From NCBI GenBank assembly GCA_965140415.1, contig OZ223209.1:5248001-5312000 (forward strand): 64,000 nt of DNA, read 5' to 3'. Source of the DNA: Myxococcota bacterium (GTDB lineage Bacteria; Myxococcota_A; SURF-8). Below are positions 1 to 10,300 of this stretch, piece after piece; within the stretch, counting starts at the first letter, position 1, and the number at the start of each line of letters is the position of its first letter. The notes under the pieces are model-generated. The model worked only from the letters and a program-made list of their open reading frames with translations. It had not been told where the DNA came from and ran no database searches. A program made the position numbers and the translations under genes.

Positions 1-451
1 GCGCCATACCGTGGCACATACCGCAATTTTCCGGCTGCGGCGCTCCAATTCGAATCGCCTGCTGGGGCAGCATCCCGTTTTCATCCACATCCTGCGCGGT
101 AATCGTCCACTCGCCGCCATCGCCGTGACAGGCCAGGCAATCGACCTTGACGCGCCCCTGGTGGTGGCTGTTGTGCGAGTTGATGAACTCGACATCATGA
201 CAGGCCGCACAGGTACGGCTTTCGTCCATGGTGGCCTTGGACACGGAAATCGGCTGGCCGTCTTTATCCAACACCATAAAAGAAGGATGAAAGCTCGTTC
301 TGGGCATGGCCACATCGGAAATACCCGCCAACGTGTCCATTGGATCTACATGCCCGGTATGTTCTTCCGCTTCATCCTGTGCCCAAACGGCTGAAGCCAG
401 CATAAACAATCCCATAGCGATCAAAACCATTTCCCGCATGACTCGTCTCAT
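1..451 (-). CDS. Exported multiheme c-type cytochrome, 5' part (runs off the window edge)
   Basis: Not in the ORF track; translated by hand from ATG at 451: MRRVMREMVLIAMGLFMLASAVWAQ signal peptide, then CAACH, CLACH, CGMCH. Its ATG overlaps the TGA of the upstream OTR gene (TGATG). Confidence 0.85.
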   Translation of the reverse strand, partial: MRRVMREMVLIAMGLFMLASAVWAQDEAEEHTGHVDPMDTLAGISDVAMPRTSFHPSFMVLDKDGQPISVSKATMDESRTCAACHDVEFINSHNSHHQGRVKVDCLACHGDGGEWTITAQDVDENGMLPQQAIRIGAPQPENCGMCHGMA

Positions 452-1869
452 CAGCGCCCTCCCGCCAGAATCGGATCTTGATCGTAGCCTAACGCTTTCC
501 AGTCCATCCGCGATGCTTTCTGCCCGTGGCAGTCCGCACAATCCAGCGCTTCCTCTTTGGGTCGCACCGTGTGATTCAACGGCCAATACATCTCCGTTTT
601 TGCAAAAGCATAGTTACCGCTGTATTCCAAGCCTACGCTTTTTGCACCCAACCGCATGGCCTGGTCCCAGTCGAAGACATGCCAGTAGCCGCCCTCTCCC
701 GCAGTAACAGGAGGTATCAAGTAGCGATTTCCTGCATCATAGGGTTGCTTGCCACGATGCACCTTGAAGGGATGAATCTGGGCGTGTGCATCTTTGCGGC
801 TGCCGCGTGGGTTGTTCAGGATCGTCGTACCTTCGGGATCGATTTTGTCGCCCACCAGGTAACGATCGGCGGTGTGATTGAACCAGCGATATTCCGGCAC
901 GACTGACTGCCCGTAAATGAATTCACCTTTGATTTTAAGGTATTCGTGGGGATCTTCCTTGCGCGATGGGTCGCCCGCCTTGCTCCAGTCCCAATCCATT
1001 TTGGTGGGAGCGCGCACGGCGTGGGTGGGAATATGGCAGGTCTGACAGGCCACCCGCTTCAGATGACTCTGGATGCGTTTGTCGGTATGGATTTCTCCTT
1101 TGTGACAGGTTGTACAGTCGATACCGTTTCGGCTATCCACGCTTACGGCGATGGAACGCCCGCTGATGGCATGCTTGGGTGCTTTATGGCAATCGACGCA
1201 GAGCATGTCGTTGCCACCCATGTGAATATCCGCTTCCATATCCGGTGTATTTAACGCCACATGCAAATCGCCATGCTTGACACCCATGCCGCCACCACCG
1301 AAAAAGTGACAGCTTCCGCAATTGTCGCGCTTGGGATAACCGACGCTTTGGGCCGATGCCTGCAAATCGACAGATTTGTCCGGCATACCCGCCTTGCCCT
1401 TTATATAACCACCTGACCAGTCATGACAGACCAGACAATCGACATTGGTTTCTTTATTAAAATCAAAGCTTTCGTCTTCCCAACCATAGCCAGCATGGCA
1501 TTTGGTACAGGAAGGCCAGTTGCCGGTAATACCGATGCAGTAGTTGTTCAGAAGATTCTTTTTACCGATTTGCCGCTTGCCCGGATGATTGGGCACTTCA
1601 ACCGGTTCACCAACCCAGTTCCAATGCGCAGTAGCCATCACATCTTTGGCCGACTGCTTGTGACATTGAAGACAGGCTTTCGTCACATCCTGAGGGGAAA
1701 CGATCGGTTTGGTGAAAAAGCTGGAGTGATCCAGGTGAGCCCGATACTCAGAATGCTCCGGCTTTTCCGAAGCGAACAGAGTGGGGGCTACAAATAGACC
1801 TGCCACTACCAGACCCACCGCAAGGACTGCGCCGTACAAAGTCAGTGTTTTTCCTTTTGGCAATACCAC
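451..1869 (-). CDS. Octaheme c-type cytochrome, tetrathionate reductase (OTR) family
   Basis: Eight CxxCH motifs (CLQCH, CTKCH, CLVCH, CGSCH, CVDCH, CTTCH, CQTCH, CADCH), GKKNLLNNYC and MDWKALGY motifs typical of OTR, N-terminal hydrophobic signal. GTG at 1869 follows AGGAAAGGA; the track ORF starts at 2037. Confidence 0.9.
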   Translation of the reverse strand: MVLPKGKTLTLYGAVLAVGLVVAGLFVAPTLFASEKPEHSEYRAHLDHSSFFTKPIVSPQDVTKACLQCHKQSAKDVMATAHWNWVGEPVEVPNHPGKRQIGKKNLLNNYCIGITGNWPSCTKCHAGYGWEDESFDFNKETNVDCLVCHDWSGGYIKGKAGMPDKSVDLQASAQSVGYPKRDNCGSCHFFGGGGMGVKHGDLHVALNTPDMEADIHMGGNDMLCVDCHKAPKHAISGRSIAVSVDSRNGIDCTTCHKGEIHTDKRIQSHLKRVACQTCHIPTHAVRAPTKMDWDWSKAGDPSRKEDPHEYLKIKGEFIYGQSVVPEYRWFNHTADRYLVGDKIDPEGTTILNNPRGSRKDAHAQIHPFKVHRGKQPYDAGNRYLIPPVTAGEGGYWHVFDWDQAMRLGAKSVGLEYSGNYAFAKTEMYWPLNHTVRPKEEALDCADCHGQKASRMDWKALGYDQDPILAGGR

Positions 1870-1889
1870 GGTATCATTCCTTTCCTTGA

Positions 1890-2366
1890 TTAGGACAGGT
1901 TCGCTCCCAGAGGAAATTCCGTCAGCCTCGCTTCCAAAGACTGATGACAATTGGAAGCGATATCGGATAAGCGCGTTTCGTTGAAATACGAAATGATGCG
2001 CCGGTTGATATCTTTCATGCGCTCGCCGAAAATACACATCTGCGAGCCGCTATCCAAGCGGCAAGCCGGGGTTTCGAACAAGCAATGATTGCTGTTCAAG
2101 TTGCCGTCGAACACCTGATAAATTTCACTCAAGCGAATCTCAGCAGGATCTCTCGTCAGTACAAATCCACCTTTGGGACCGCGCCGCGCCTGAAGAAATC
2201 CGGCTTTCACCATTCGCTGGCAAACCTTGATCATATGGTTTTCGGAAGCAAAGCATACCCGAGCCAAGTCCCCTGCATTCACTCGTTTTCCTTCACTCAT
2301 CGCTAAATACGCCATGGCATGCATCGCCAGGGCGGTCGCATCGGATATTCTAATCAGCATCGGCAT
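1890..2366 (-). CDS. Rrf2 family transcriptional regulator, probably Fe-S binding
   Basis: ALHAMAYLA, winged-helix RRGPKGGFVL, C-terminal CLF..C..C cysteines; GGGAG RBS before ATG 2366. Confidence 0.9.
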   Translation of the reverse strand: MPMLIRISDATALAMHAMAYLAMSEGKRVNAGDLARVCFASENHMIKVCQRMVKAGFLQARRGPKGGFVLTRDPAEIRLSEIYQVFDGNLNSNHCLFETPACRLDSGSQMCIFGERMKDINRRIISYFNETRLSDIASNCHQSLEARLTEFPLGANLS

Positions 2367-2631
2367 TCGCGTACTCCCAACACACATAATACAGCATTGT
2401 GGTATCACAATACCTGAATAGGGTCAAGGAAATGTTCCCTTTTTATGCTGTTCGTTCAAATATTCAATATTTCATGGCAAAGCGGTGTTGAAAATTTCGT
2501 TCACCACATCGGCTTTCCCGGAAAAAATCCCAGCTTTCCAGCTTTACAGGTCTCTTTTCATATAATAGAATAGCAAATTGACTTCGTATTTTTTCGAAAT
2601 AGTAGATGTATGACGTTCGAGGAGTAAAGCA

Positions 2632-5600
2632 ATGAAACTCTCACACGCGGTATGGGTGATGGTTGCGTTTGTGGCTTTTGTCGCCGGTTGTGAAGGGCTG
2701 CCTTCCATTGAAGTAAAAGGCGAATGCCTTTCCGACGAGCATTGCCAGCAAGGGTATTACTGTAATGACGATCTGATCTGCGTTCCCAATCCATTCTGGG
2801 GCGATTCCGATCTGACGCCGGGTGACACTCCCGATGGCGATGTAGACGGCGATAGCGAACAAACCGACGGTGACGGAGTCGATGGTGATGCCACCGATGG
2901 CGACTGGACCGACGGTGACTGGACCGACGGCGATGGAGAAATCGACCAATCCGATGGTGACTGGATCGATGGCGATGGCGAAATCGACCAAGAGTTCGAT
3001 GTAACCTGGCCCTATGCCACCTTGACGAGTTTCACTGTCACGCCGAATAACCCGACGGATCAGGGTGAAACCCTGTATCTTAAAGCCACGGCAGATACTC
3101 AAAGTGGGCAGGCGGCGCGCTTCCAGTTCGATTACCGTTACGGCGGTGATCCCTGGCAACAATTGACAGCCATGACTCCCACCTCCAATGCGTTTTTAGA
3201 ACCAGGCCGAGCGGGACTGTATCATTTCCGTGTACGTGCCCTCGACCCACTAAGCCAGAATCCTTTTGGATTCGACGACGAATCGGAACTGACGCACATC
3301 GTGTTACCTACTTCCGATGGCGATATCGAACAAGACGGTAACGAGTACCGGGCACAGATCCGCTCCTTTAACGTGGAGCCTCGCCGCGTATACTCCGGTC
3401 AGAGAGTGGGAATCGCCACCATAGCCACCGCTCCCAACCAAGTGCAATACGCCTATGCGTATCGGCTGGGAACCGCTTCCTGGCAAACATTCAAAGCATA
3501 TCCGGGACAAGCCAACACTTCCTGGGTCGCCCCCAACCAGGCCGGAACCTATCGCTTGCGCGTACAAGTGCGCGACAGTCTCAGCAATAACCAGGTAGAT
3601 GACAGCGCCTCCGTTTTAGTGCTCGTCGAATCTCAGGTGCAGTACGACTGCGAAACCGCCTGCACGCACATGCGCGAATGCGGCTTTATCTCCTCCGAAG
3701 ATGACTTCTATGAGTGCATGCAGATGTGCGACGATTATGGCTTTACGCAGGCTCAGATCAGATGTCTAAGCACTGCCGACTGTAGTGATTTAATGGACTG
3801 CTTGGATGTCGACGGCGATGTGGTGGACGGCGACGTTCCCTACTGCGACGACAACAACGAATGTACGGATGATTTCGTCACTCCTAACGGCTGTGAATTC
3901 TATCCGGTCGATGATGGCAATGCCTGCGTTGCCGACAATGGGTATCCCGGTTTCTGCGAAGCGGGAGAATGCAGATCCATCGTAGACGGCGACGAACCCA
4001 TCTGCGACGACAACAACGAATGTACCTTTGACTACTACGATCCGCGTCGCGGCTGCCGCTACGACAACATGCCCAACGGCACTCCCTGCAATGGCTCCGA
4101 TCCCAGTCGCGATTATGTCTGTCGCTATGGAAGCTGCGAACCTCAAGATATTACCTACGACTGCACCACCGCCTGCAATCACGCGGCGGAATGCGGCTAT
4201 ATCGGTCCCGGCTCTCCCATTGCAAGCAGCATCGACGAATGTATCGTCATGTGCGAAAACTACGGTCTGACACAGGCGCAGATCGTGTGCGTCAGCACCA
4301 GTTCCTGCGATGACATGTATGACTGTATCGACGTTGACGGCGACATCATCGACGGCGACGAGCCGAACTGCGACGACGGCAACCAGTGCACGCAGGATTA
4401 TTACGACCCCTATTACGGCTGCCGCTACAGCAACCTTCCCAACGGGACACGCTGCTATGGTTCCGACCCGGATCTGAGTTATAGCTGCTACTATGGTCGC
4501 TGCATCCCGAACCAAACCGAATACACTTGTGAAAGCGCCTGCGATCACATTTACGAATGCGGCTCCGCAGGAATCGACTATGACCAGTGTCTCCAGGTTT
4601 GTTACGACGCCTTTACCCAGGAGCAGATCGACTGCCTAAGCACCGCAGCTTGCGATGATCTCTACAACTGTATCTATGCAGATGGCGATGTCGTCGACGG
4701 CGACATCATTGACGGCGACCAGACAGACTGGACTCCGGCGCGCATCACCTTCTTTGGACGCGAACCCGGCGGTCTCTTATACGTCAATGAAGATATCCTT
4801 TTCAGTATTGTAGCTGAAACCGAGTATCCACCCGTTATCGAATACCGCATGGATGTCAGCACGGATTTCACCACCGGCTGGATCGAAGTCATGGATTATC
4901 CGGGTCAGGACACACTTATGGCCCAGGTCACCATGGAGGGCAATTACATCGTGCGCGCCCGCGTGCGCAATGCCGCCTCCACCGATCCGCGTGGCTACGA
5001 CGACGAAGCCTTCGTGGTCTTCGATGTCGTTGAGCATGCCGATGGCGACGAAATCATTTGCGACGACGGTAACCCCTGCACCAGAGACCTGATCAGCCCC
5101 TATGACGAATGTGTCTTCATCCTGGAACCCGACGGCACGGAATGTTCCGTCGGATCGCTCAGCGGCGTCTGCATCTCCGGTGAATGCCAGTTCGACGTCG
5201 ACGGCGACGAGCCAATTTGTGATGACGATAACGATTGTACGCGGGACACCGTTTCCTCCACCGGACAATGTCTGTTCACTCCGGTACAAGACGGTCTTCC
5301 CTGCTACGAAGGAAACGAAGCCGGTGAATGCATCCAGGGCGAATGCGAGCTCTTTGCAGACGGCGATCAGACGGTTTGTGATGACGACAACGAATGCACC
5401 GATGATTACGAAGATGCCAATGGCCGTTGTCAGTACATCCCGGTACCCGATGGTCTGATGTGCTACGACGGTCCCAACATGGGGCTGTGTATCGGTGGAG
5501 AATGCTCACCCTTTACCGACGGCGATCAGCCCTTCTGTGATGATAATAACGACTGTACAGAGGATTACGCATCTCCTAACGGTACCTGCGATTATATACC

Positions 5601-6837
5601 GGTCGATGATGGCAATGCCTGCGTTGCCGACAATGGATATCCCGGTTTCTGCGAAGCAGGCGAATGCCGTGCTTTCGTAGATGGCGATGTAATCGACGGC
5701 GATGAAATCATCTGCGACGACGGCGATCCCTGCACCCAGGACTTCTACGATCCCGATCTGGGCTGCGCGAGCATCCCCTACCCCGACGGTACTGTCTGCG
5801 GAACCGCCCCGAACGGGCAGGCTCTGATCTGCATCAGTGGTGTATGTGAATGGATCGTAGACGGCGATGTCACCGACGGTGACACGGCGGACGGTGATGA
5901 TGTGGATGGCGACACAACCAACGACCGCGACGGCGACGGCATCCCGGACGACGAAGACAACTGCCCGGACAAGCCGAACATGGCGCAGGGCAACAACGAC
6001 GGTGACGATCACGGCGACGCCTGCGATAACTGCCCCTACGCCTACAACAACGACCAGACGGATTCGGATCACGACTGGCTGGGCGATGCCTGCGATCCTA
6101 CGCCTTACAATGCCAACGTCTGCCTGGATATCGCCTGTACGGCGGACAGCGAATGCCAGCGCTTCGGCCTGATCTGCGGCGATGAAGGCTATTGCAGCAA
6201 GAGCTGCGCCAATGCAGCCTGCCCTCGTCCCTGGAGTTGCCAGGAAGGCGATGTCTGCGGTTGCCCGCCCGAGCCGCCCGATTGCCCCATTTCCTGTAGT
6301 ACTTCGAGTCAGTGCCCGGATGAGGTGCCTGTTTGCGCGGATGTCTACAATCGTGACGGCAACAAGGAATGCTCCCGCTCTTGCAGCGACGACAACCCCT
6401 GTCCGGAGGATTACCGCTGCTACCAGGGCAACTGCATTTGCGAGTATCTGCCCGACGACACCTGCACGCAGGAACTCTGCCGCGAGGACAGCGAATGCTC
6501 CGACCAGACCTGGAATGAATGTCTGATCACTCCCTTCATTCCGGAACCGATCTGCTCGCGTAGCTGCACCAGCCCCACCGACTGCGGTGGACAGTCCTAT
6601 TGCGAAGCAGGCTTCTGCCTGTGCGATCCGACTCCCGAACCGATCTGCAATTACGGAAGCTGCCTGCTCGACGATAACTGCACCAGCCAGTACGGCTCAA
6701 GTTCCTACTGCACCGGCTCCTGGCTGGACCCCCTGAATCGCTACTGCACCAAGAACTGTAGTACGAATATCGACTGTATCGCCACATTCGGTGCGGACTT
6801 CATCTGCTCCGGCGGCGAATGTCAGTGCGACGATTGA
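2632..6837 (+). CDS. Giant Cys-rich surface lipoprotein with DGD linkers, CDDxNxCTxD repeats, Ig/FN3-like inserts and TSP3-like repeats
   Basis: GGAG RBS, lipobox FVAGC, about 10 CDD(N/G)NxCT repeats, DRDGDGIPDDEDNCP and DGDDHGDACDNCP thrombospondin type-3 motifs, Y/F-x-x-RVRA beta domains. Confidence 0.85.
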   Translation: MKLSHAVWVMVAFVAFVAGCEGLPSIEVKGECLSDEHCQQGYYCNDDLICVPNPFWGDSDLTPGDTPDGDVDGDSEQTDGDGVDGDATDGDWTDGDWTDGDGEIDQSDGDWIDGDGEIDQEFDVTWPYATLTSFTVTPNNPTDQGETLYLKATADTQSGQAARFQFDYRYGGDPWQQLTAMTPTSNAFLEPGRAGLYHFRVRALDPLSQNPFGFDDESELTHIVLPTSDGDIEQDGNEYRAQIRSFNVEPRRVYSGQRVGIATIATAPNQVQYAYAYRLGTASWQTFKAYPGQANTSWVAPNQAGTYRLRVQVRDSLSNNQVDDSASVLVLVESQVQYDCETACTHMRECGFISSEDDFYECMQMCDDYGFTQAQIRCLSTADCSDLMDCLDVDGDVVDGDVPYCDDNNECTDDFVTPNGCEFYPVDDGNACVADNGYPGFCEAGECRSIVDGDEPICDDNNECTFDYYDPRRGCRYDNMPNGTPCNGSDPSRDYVCRYGSCEPQDITYDCTTACNHAAECGYIGPGSPIASSIDECIVMCENYGLTQAQIVCVSTSSCDDMYDCIDVDGDIIDGDEPNCDDGNQCTQDYYDPYYGCRYSNLPNGTRCYGSDPDLSYSCYYGRCIPNQTEYTCESACDHIYECGSAGIDYDQCLQVCYDAFTQEQIDCLSTAACDDLYNCIYADGDVVDGDIIDGDQTDWTPARITFFGREPGGLLYVNEDILFSIVAETEYPPVIEYRMDVSTDFTTGWIEVMDYPGQDTLMAQVTMEGNYIVRARVRNAASTDPRGYDDEAFVVFDVVEHADGDEIICDDGNPCTRDLISPYDECVFILEPDGTECSVGSLSGVCISGECQFDVDGDEPICDDDNDCTRDTVSSTGQCLFTPVQDGLPCYEGNEAGECIQGECELFADGDQTVCDDDNECTDDYEDANGRCQYIPVPDGLMCYDGPNMGLCIGGECSPFTDGDQPFCDDNNDCTEDYASPNGTCDYIPVDDGNACVADNGYPGFCEAGECRAFVDGDVIDGDEIICDDGDPCTQDFYDPDLGCASIPYPDGTVCGTAPNGQALICISGVCEWIVDGDVTDGDTADGDDVDGDTTNDRDGDGIPDDEDNCPDKPNMAQGNNDGDDHGDACDNCPYAYNNDQTDSDHDWLGDACDPTPYNANVCLDIACTADSECQRFGLICGDEGYCSKSCANAACPRPWSCQEGDVCGCPPEPPDCPISCSTSSQCPDEVPVCADVYNRDGNKECSRSCSDDNPCPEDYRCYQGNCICEYLPDDTCTQELCREDSECSDQTWNECLITPFIPEPICSRSCTSPTDCGGQSYCEAGFCLCDPTPEPICNYGSCLLDDNCTSQYGSSSYCTGSWLDPLNRYCTKNCSTNIDCIATFGADFICSGGECQCDD

Positions 6838-6870
6838 TCTTAGGGACCAAACTTGTTGTTTGAAACAACC

Positions 6871-6906
6871 GGGCATCCCCAGCACGGGGATGCCCTTGCT
6901 TTTTTT
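6871..6906 (+). terminator. Intrinsic terminator
   Basis: Perfect 10-bp stem GGGCATCCCC-agcac-GGGGATGCCC followed by a T-rich run. Confidence 0.8.
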
Positions 6907-6921
6907 ACCTTGAGGTAGCGC

Positions 6922-8184
6922 GTGTTCAACACCGGTAAACCCCGCATCGATCCCAACCGCGTGGTGCTGACACCCAATCAGGTTCGCGCCATGGAGGAAA
7001 CGCGCGTTTTCTACGAACGTCTCCAGCGCCGCCCCTACGCCACCTATGCCTTACTGGCGGTCATCGTATGCTTCTGGGGTCTTTCCATGATCTGCGGTGC
7101 GCAGAGCGACCCCAAGACACTGATACGCATGGGCGCGAAGATCAACCTCTTTATCGATCTCGGACAGAGCTGGCGCTTCGTTTCGCCCATTTTTCTGCAC
7201 TTCGGCATTCTGCACATTCTCTTTAACGGCTACGCGCTCTATCTGCTGGGCCGCATGATCGAAAATCTCTATGGCATTCAACGCTTTCTGTTGATTTTCT
7301 TCTTTGCTGGAGTCGCCAGTATCGTGGCCAGTTATCTGGGTTCGGACATGATGTCCGTGGGCGCCAGCGGCGCGATTTTCGGCCTGCTGGGTGCCGGCAC
7401 GGTGGTCGGCTACCGCTTCCGCAGTGACATTCCACCCATTTTCCGCCGCTTTTTCGGACGTGGCCTGCTGCCCTGGATCGTATTGAACCTGGCACTGGGT
7501 TTCGTAATCGAAGGCATCGACAACTACGCCCATATCGGGGGACTGATCGTCGGCTCGCTGGTTGCATTCCCCATGCGCCCGATCTTCGTTCCACGCAATG
7601 GAAAAATTGGTATGCAACCGATCGTTACACTGGCAGCGCTTTGTGCTACGGTGGTCATGCTGGCCGTAATCGGCATCATGCTGCACAACATGTTTATCGA
7701 TGACTCGCTGCCCGCTCCCAAGCAGTGGGCCTCCTTCCAAGACCCGGCATCCATGGTCAGTGCACGCATTCCCAAAGATCTGGTTGCCACTCCCAATTCG
7801 GAAATTCGTTTCGGACGGCAGTATGTCGAACCGAATCTGGGATTCTGGGTAGCGGTGGAACGTGAGCCAGACAGGCAAGCGGAGTTGGACCGTGTGGTGG
7901 AAGATCTGGTAGAAGAAGTCAACCGAACCAGCGAAATCAATGCCAACAGCCTGAAATTTGAAGCCGAAGAAGAAACACAGATAGATGGGCGCCCGGCACA
8001 ACGGGTACGCTTTTCTTTTTCACTAAAAGAACAGACCATGCGATACGATGTGGAAGTATGGGTGATTCCGACCGGAATGGGAAGCATCAGCGCTACCTGC
8101 TCGGCACCCGATATCTTTTACGATTTATTTCGGAATTGGTGCGACGGCTTTATCGATTCGATTCGCATAATGGAAGCGGGTTAG
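6922..8184 (+). CDS. Rhomboid family intramembrane serine protease with soluble C-terminal extension
   Basis: WR motif, FLH..HILFN, GASG (catalytic Ser), HIGG (catalytic His), multiple TM helices; GAGG RBS before GTG. Confidence 0.9.
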   Translation: MFNTGKPRIDPNRVVLTPNQVRAMEETRVFYERLQRRPYATYALLAVIVCFWGLSMICGAQSDPKTLIRMGAKINLFIDLGQSWRFVSPIFLHFGILHILFNGYALYLLGRMIENLYGIQRFLLIFFFAGVASIVASYLGSDMMSVGASGAIFGLLGAGTVVGYRFRSDIPPIFRRFFGRGLLPWIVLNLALGFVIEGIDNYAHIGGLIVGSLVAFPMRPIFVPRNGKIGMQPIVTLAALCATVVMLAVIGIMLHNMFIDDSLPAPKQWASFQDPASMVSARIPKDLVATPNSEIRFGRQYVEPNLGFWVAVEREPDRQAELDRVVEDLVEEVNRTSEINANSLKFEAEEETQIDGRPAQRVRFSFSLKEQTMRYDVEVWVIPTGMGSISATCSAPDIFYDLFRNWCDGFIDSIRIMEAG

Positions 8185-8240
8185 CCGACACCCAACACCA
8201 TCATTGAAAAACGAGGGCTAATCGAAAGGAAGGGAACATC

Positions 8241-8705
8241 ATGAAATTGATTTCATCGACTTGCCTGTTGTTGCTGGCGCTGCTGATATGCAGTTCCGGT
8301 TTATGCGAAGAGGCTCATTACCTCTATCTGATCGGGTTGACGGACAATGGCGTCACGGTGGACGGTGTTCGAAAAGTGGGGCAGGCGCTACCCAAGCAAC
8401 GCGGTGAACTGCCACAGCGCGCCTTTCGTATCCAGTTACTCGACCCGAGCGGAAAAACCATCTTCACCACCAGCAAGCGCGATCCACGTCGATTGACGGT
8501 CCCGTTACCGCTGAACGGCCAGCCGGATCATTCCGCCGTACAGCGCGAGAAGGGCTCTATGCTGCTGCATCTTCCGCTTCATGCCGACGGTGCGAAACTG
8601 GTATTTGAAAAGCGTGATATCCAACCCGGTAGCACTCCGCTAAAAGCGGAGTATGTTCCCTTCGCCAGTGTCATTCTCTCCGTACCGAAGGAGGATGTGC
8701 AATGA
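8241..8705 (+). CDS. Exported hypothetical protein, possibly a separated accessory domain of the adjacent M64 peptidase
   Basis: Signal peptide, GGAAGGGA RBS, ATGA overlap with the next gene. Confidence 0.65.
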   Translation: MKLISSTCLLLLALLICSSGLCEEAHYLYLIGLTDNGVTVDGVRKVGQALPKQRGELPQRAFRIQLLDPSGKTIFTTSKRDPRRLTVPLPLNGQPDHSAVQREKGSMLLHLPLHADGAKLVFEKRDIQPGSTPLKAEYVPFASVILSVPKEDVQ

Positions 8706-10285
8706 AACGCCTCATCGGGAACTCTTTCATTATTGCCGTGTTGCTGCTGATCGCCCTGCCCGCCTTCGCCTGGGATACCGAAGTGTTGGAAGAAAACGGT
8801 CCGGCAGCCAACCGCATCAATATCGCGATTCTGGGCGACGGCTACACCGCCGAGCAGCAAAGCAATTTTCGCACTCATGCCGACTGGCTGGTCAGTTACG
8901 TTTACAATCAGGCTCCTTTCGCAGAATACCGCAGTCATTTCAACTTCTACCTGGTTTACGTCATCAGTAACGAATCGGGCGCAGACCATCCCAGCCAGAA
9001 CGACTATCGCGACACGGCGCTGGATGCCACCTACGAAGTCAACGGCATCGACCGTCTTCTGGCAGTTGACTACGGCAAAGCCTTTTCCGCCGCAAGCGAA
9101 ATCGACAGCGTGGACTATGTATTCGTGATCGTCAACGACACGGAATACGGCGGCTCGGGTGGTTCGGTTGCGGTCAGTTCCATCCACACCTATGGCCCGG
9201 AAATCCTGACGCACGAAATCGGCCATATGTTCGGCGATCTGGCGGATGAATACGAGTCCGCCTATCCCGGCTATCCGCCCGGCGACTACGAACCGAACGT
9301 GACGTATCAGACACAGCGCGACTTGATTCCCTGGAACGTCTGGATCGAAGCCAGCACTCCGGTGCCGACGCCGGAAACCAATGATTACGCGGCGGCTGTC
9401 GGTCTGTTCGAAGGCGCACGCTATCTGACCGCCGATATTTATCGGCCCAAACTGACCTGCCGCATGCGGGAGTTGAATCGTCCATTCTGCGAAGTCTGCG
9501 GCGAAGCGTTGATTGTCGCCGACTATCGCCGGGTGTCTCCTTCCGATGCCGCTGGTGGAGCCGTACGCATTGCCAGTGATGGAGAAATCACGCTGGAAGC
9601 ACTGCCCGTACAACCTATTTCCGACAGCATCAGCGTTCAGTGGAAATTGGACGGCGCTCCGGCAGGCACGGATGACACCTTACTTGTTTCCGGCGAGGGG
9701 CTCTGGTTGGGTGCACACTATGTTGAAGCCGTCCTACAAGACGAAAGCTCTTCGTTGCGTACGGACTCCGCGCGTAATGCCGCCAAAGAGACTATCAGCT
9801 GGAACCTGACAGTCGGCGATGCTCCCGATGGTGATTTGGACAGCACGGAAGGTGAGCAACCCGCCGATGGCGACGCAATCGATGGCGATCAAATCACCGA
9901 TGGTGATGTGGTAGTCGATGGAGATCAAATCACGGATGGTGATGCAATAACCGACGGCGATCAAGTCACTGATGGCGATACAATAACCGATGGTGATCAA
10001 ATTACTGATGGAGACAATCAAGCCGATGGCGACGATACCGACGGTGATACGATCGATGGAGATGACATTTCGGATGGCGATGAAATCGACGGCGACAACA
10101 CAACTCCTGCCGATCAGGACAACGCCACGGATGGTGATCTGGAACTGGAGCAGGAAACAACAATCATCGATGATGGCAGTGGCGGCAGTTGCCGGATGAC
10201 GTCGCCCGGCGACCTTTCCGCACTGTTCGTTGGATTGCTACTGTTCGCGCTGTCGTGGAAAAGACGACGGAACAGCCTGAACTAG
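8702..10285 (+). CDS. Peptidase M64 (IgA peptidase-like) with DGD repeats and MYXO-CTERM-like tail
   Basis: NGPAANRINIAILGDGYT, HEIGH zinc motif, LADEY, GLFEGA, CRM..FCEVC; C-terminal GSGGSC-TM-KRRR. Confidence 0.9.
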   Translation: MKRLIGNSFIIAVLLLIALPAFAWDTEVLEENGPAANRINIAILGDGYTAEQQSNFRTHADWLVSYVYNQAPFAEYRSHFNFYLVYVISNESGADHPSQNDYRDTALDATYEVNGIDRLLAVDYGKAFSAASEIDSVDYVFVIVNDTEYGGSGGSVAVSSIHTYGPEILTHEIGHMFGDLADEYESAYPGYPPGDYEPNVTYQTQRDLIPWNVWIEASTPVPTPETNDYAAAVGLFEGARYLTADIYRPKLTCRMRELNRPFCEVCGEALIVADYRRVSPSDAAGGAVRIASDGEITLEALPVQPISDSISVQWKLDGAPAGTDDTLLVSGEGLWLGAHYVEAVLQDESSSLRTDSARNAAKETISWNLTVGDAPDGDLDSTEGEQPADGDAIDGDQITDGDVVVDGDQITDGDAITDGDQVTDGDTITDGDQITDGDNQADGDDTDGDTIDGDDISDGDEIDGDNTTPADQDNATDGDLELEQETTIIDDGSGGSCRMTSPGDLSALFVGLLLFALSWKRRRNSLN

Positions 10286-10300
10286 AAAAAGGAGAGAGAC

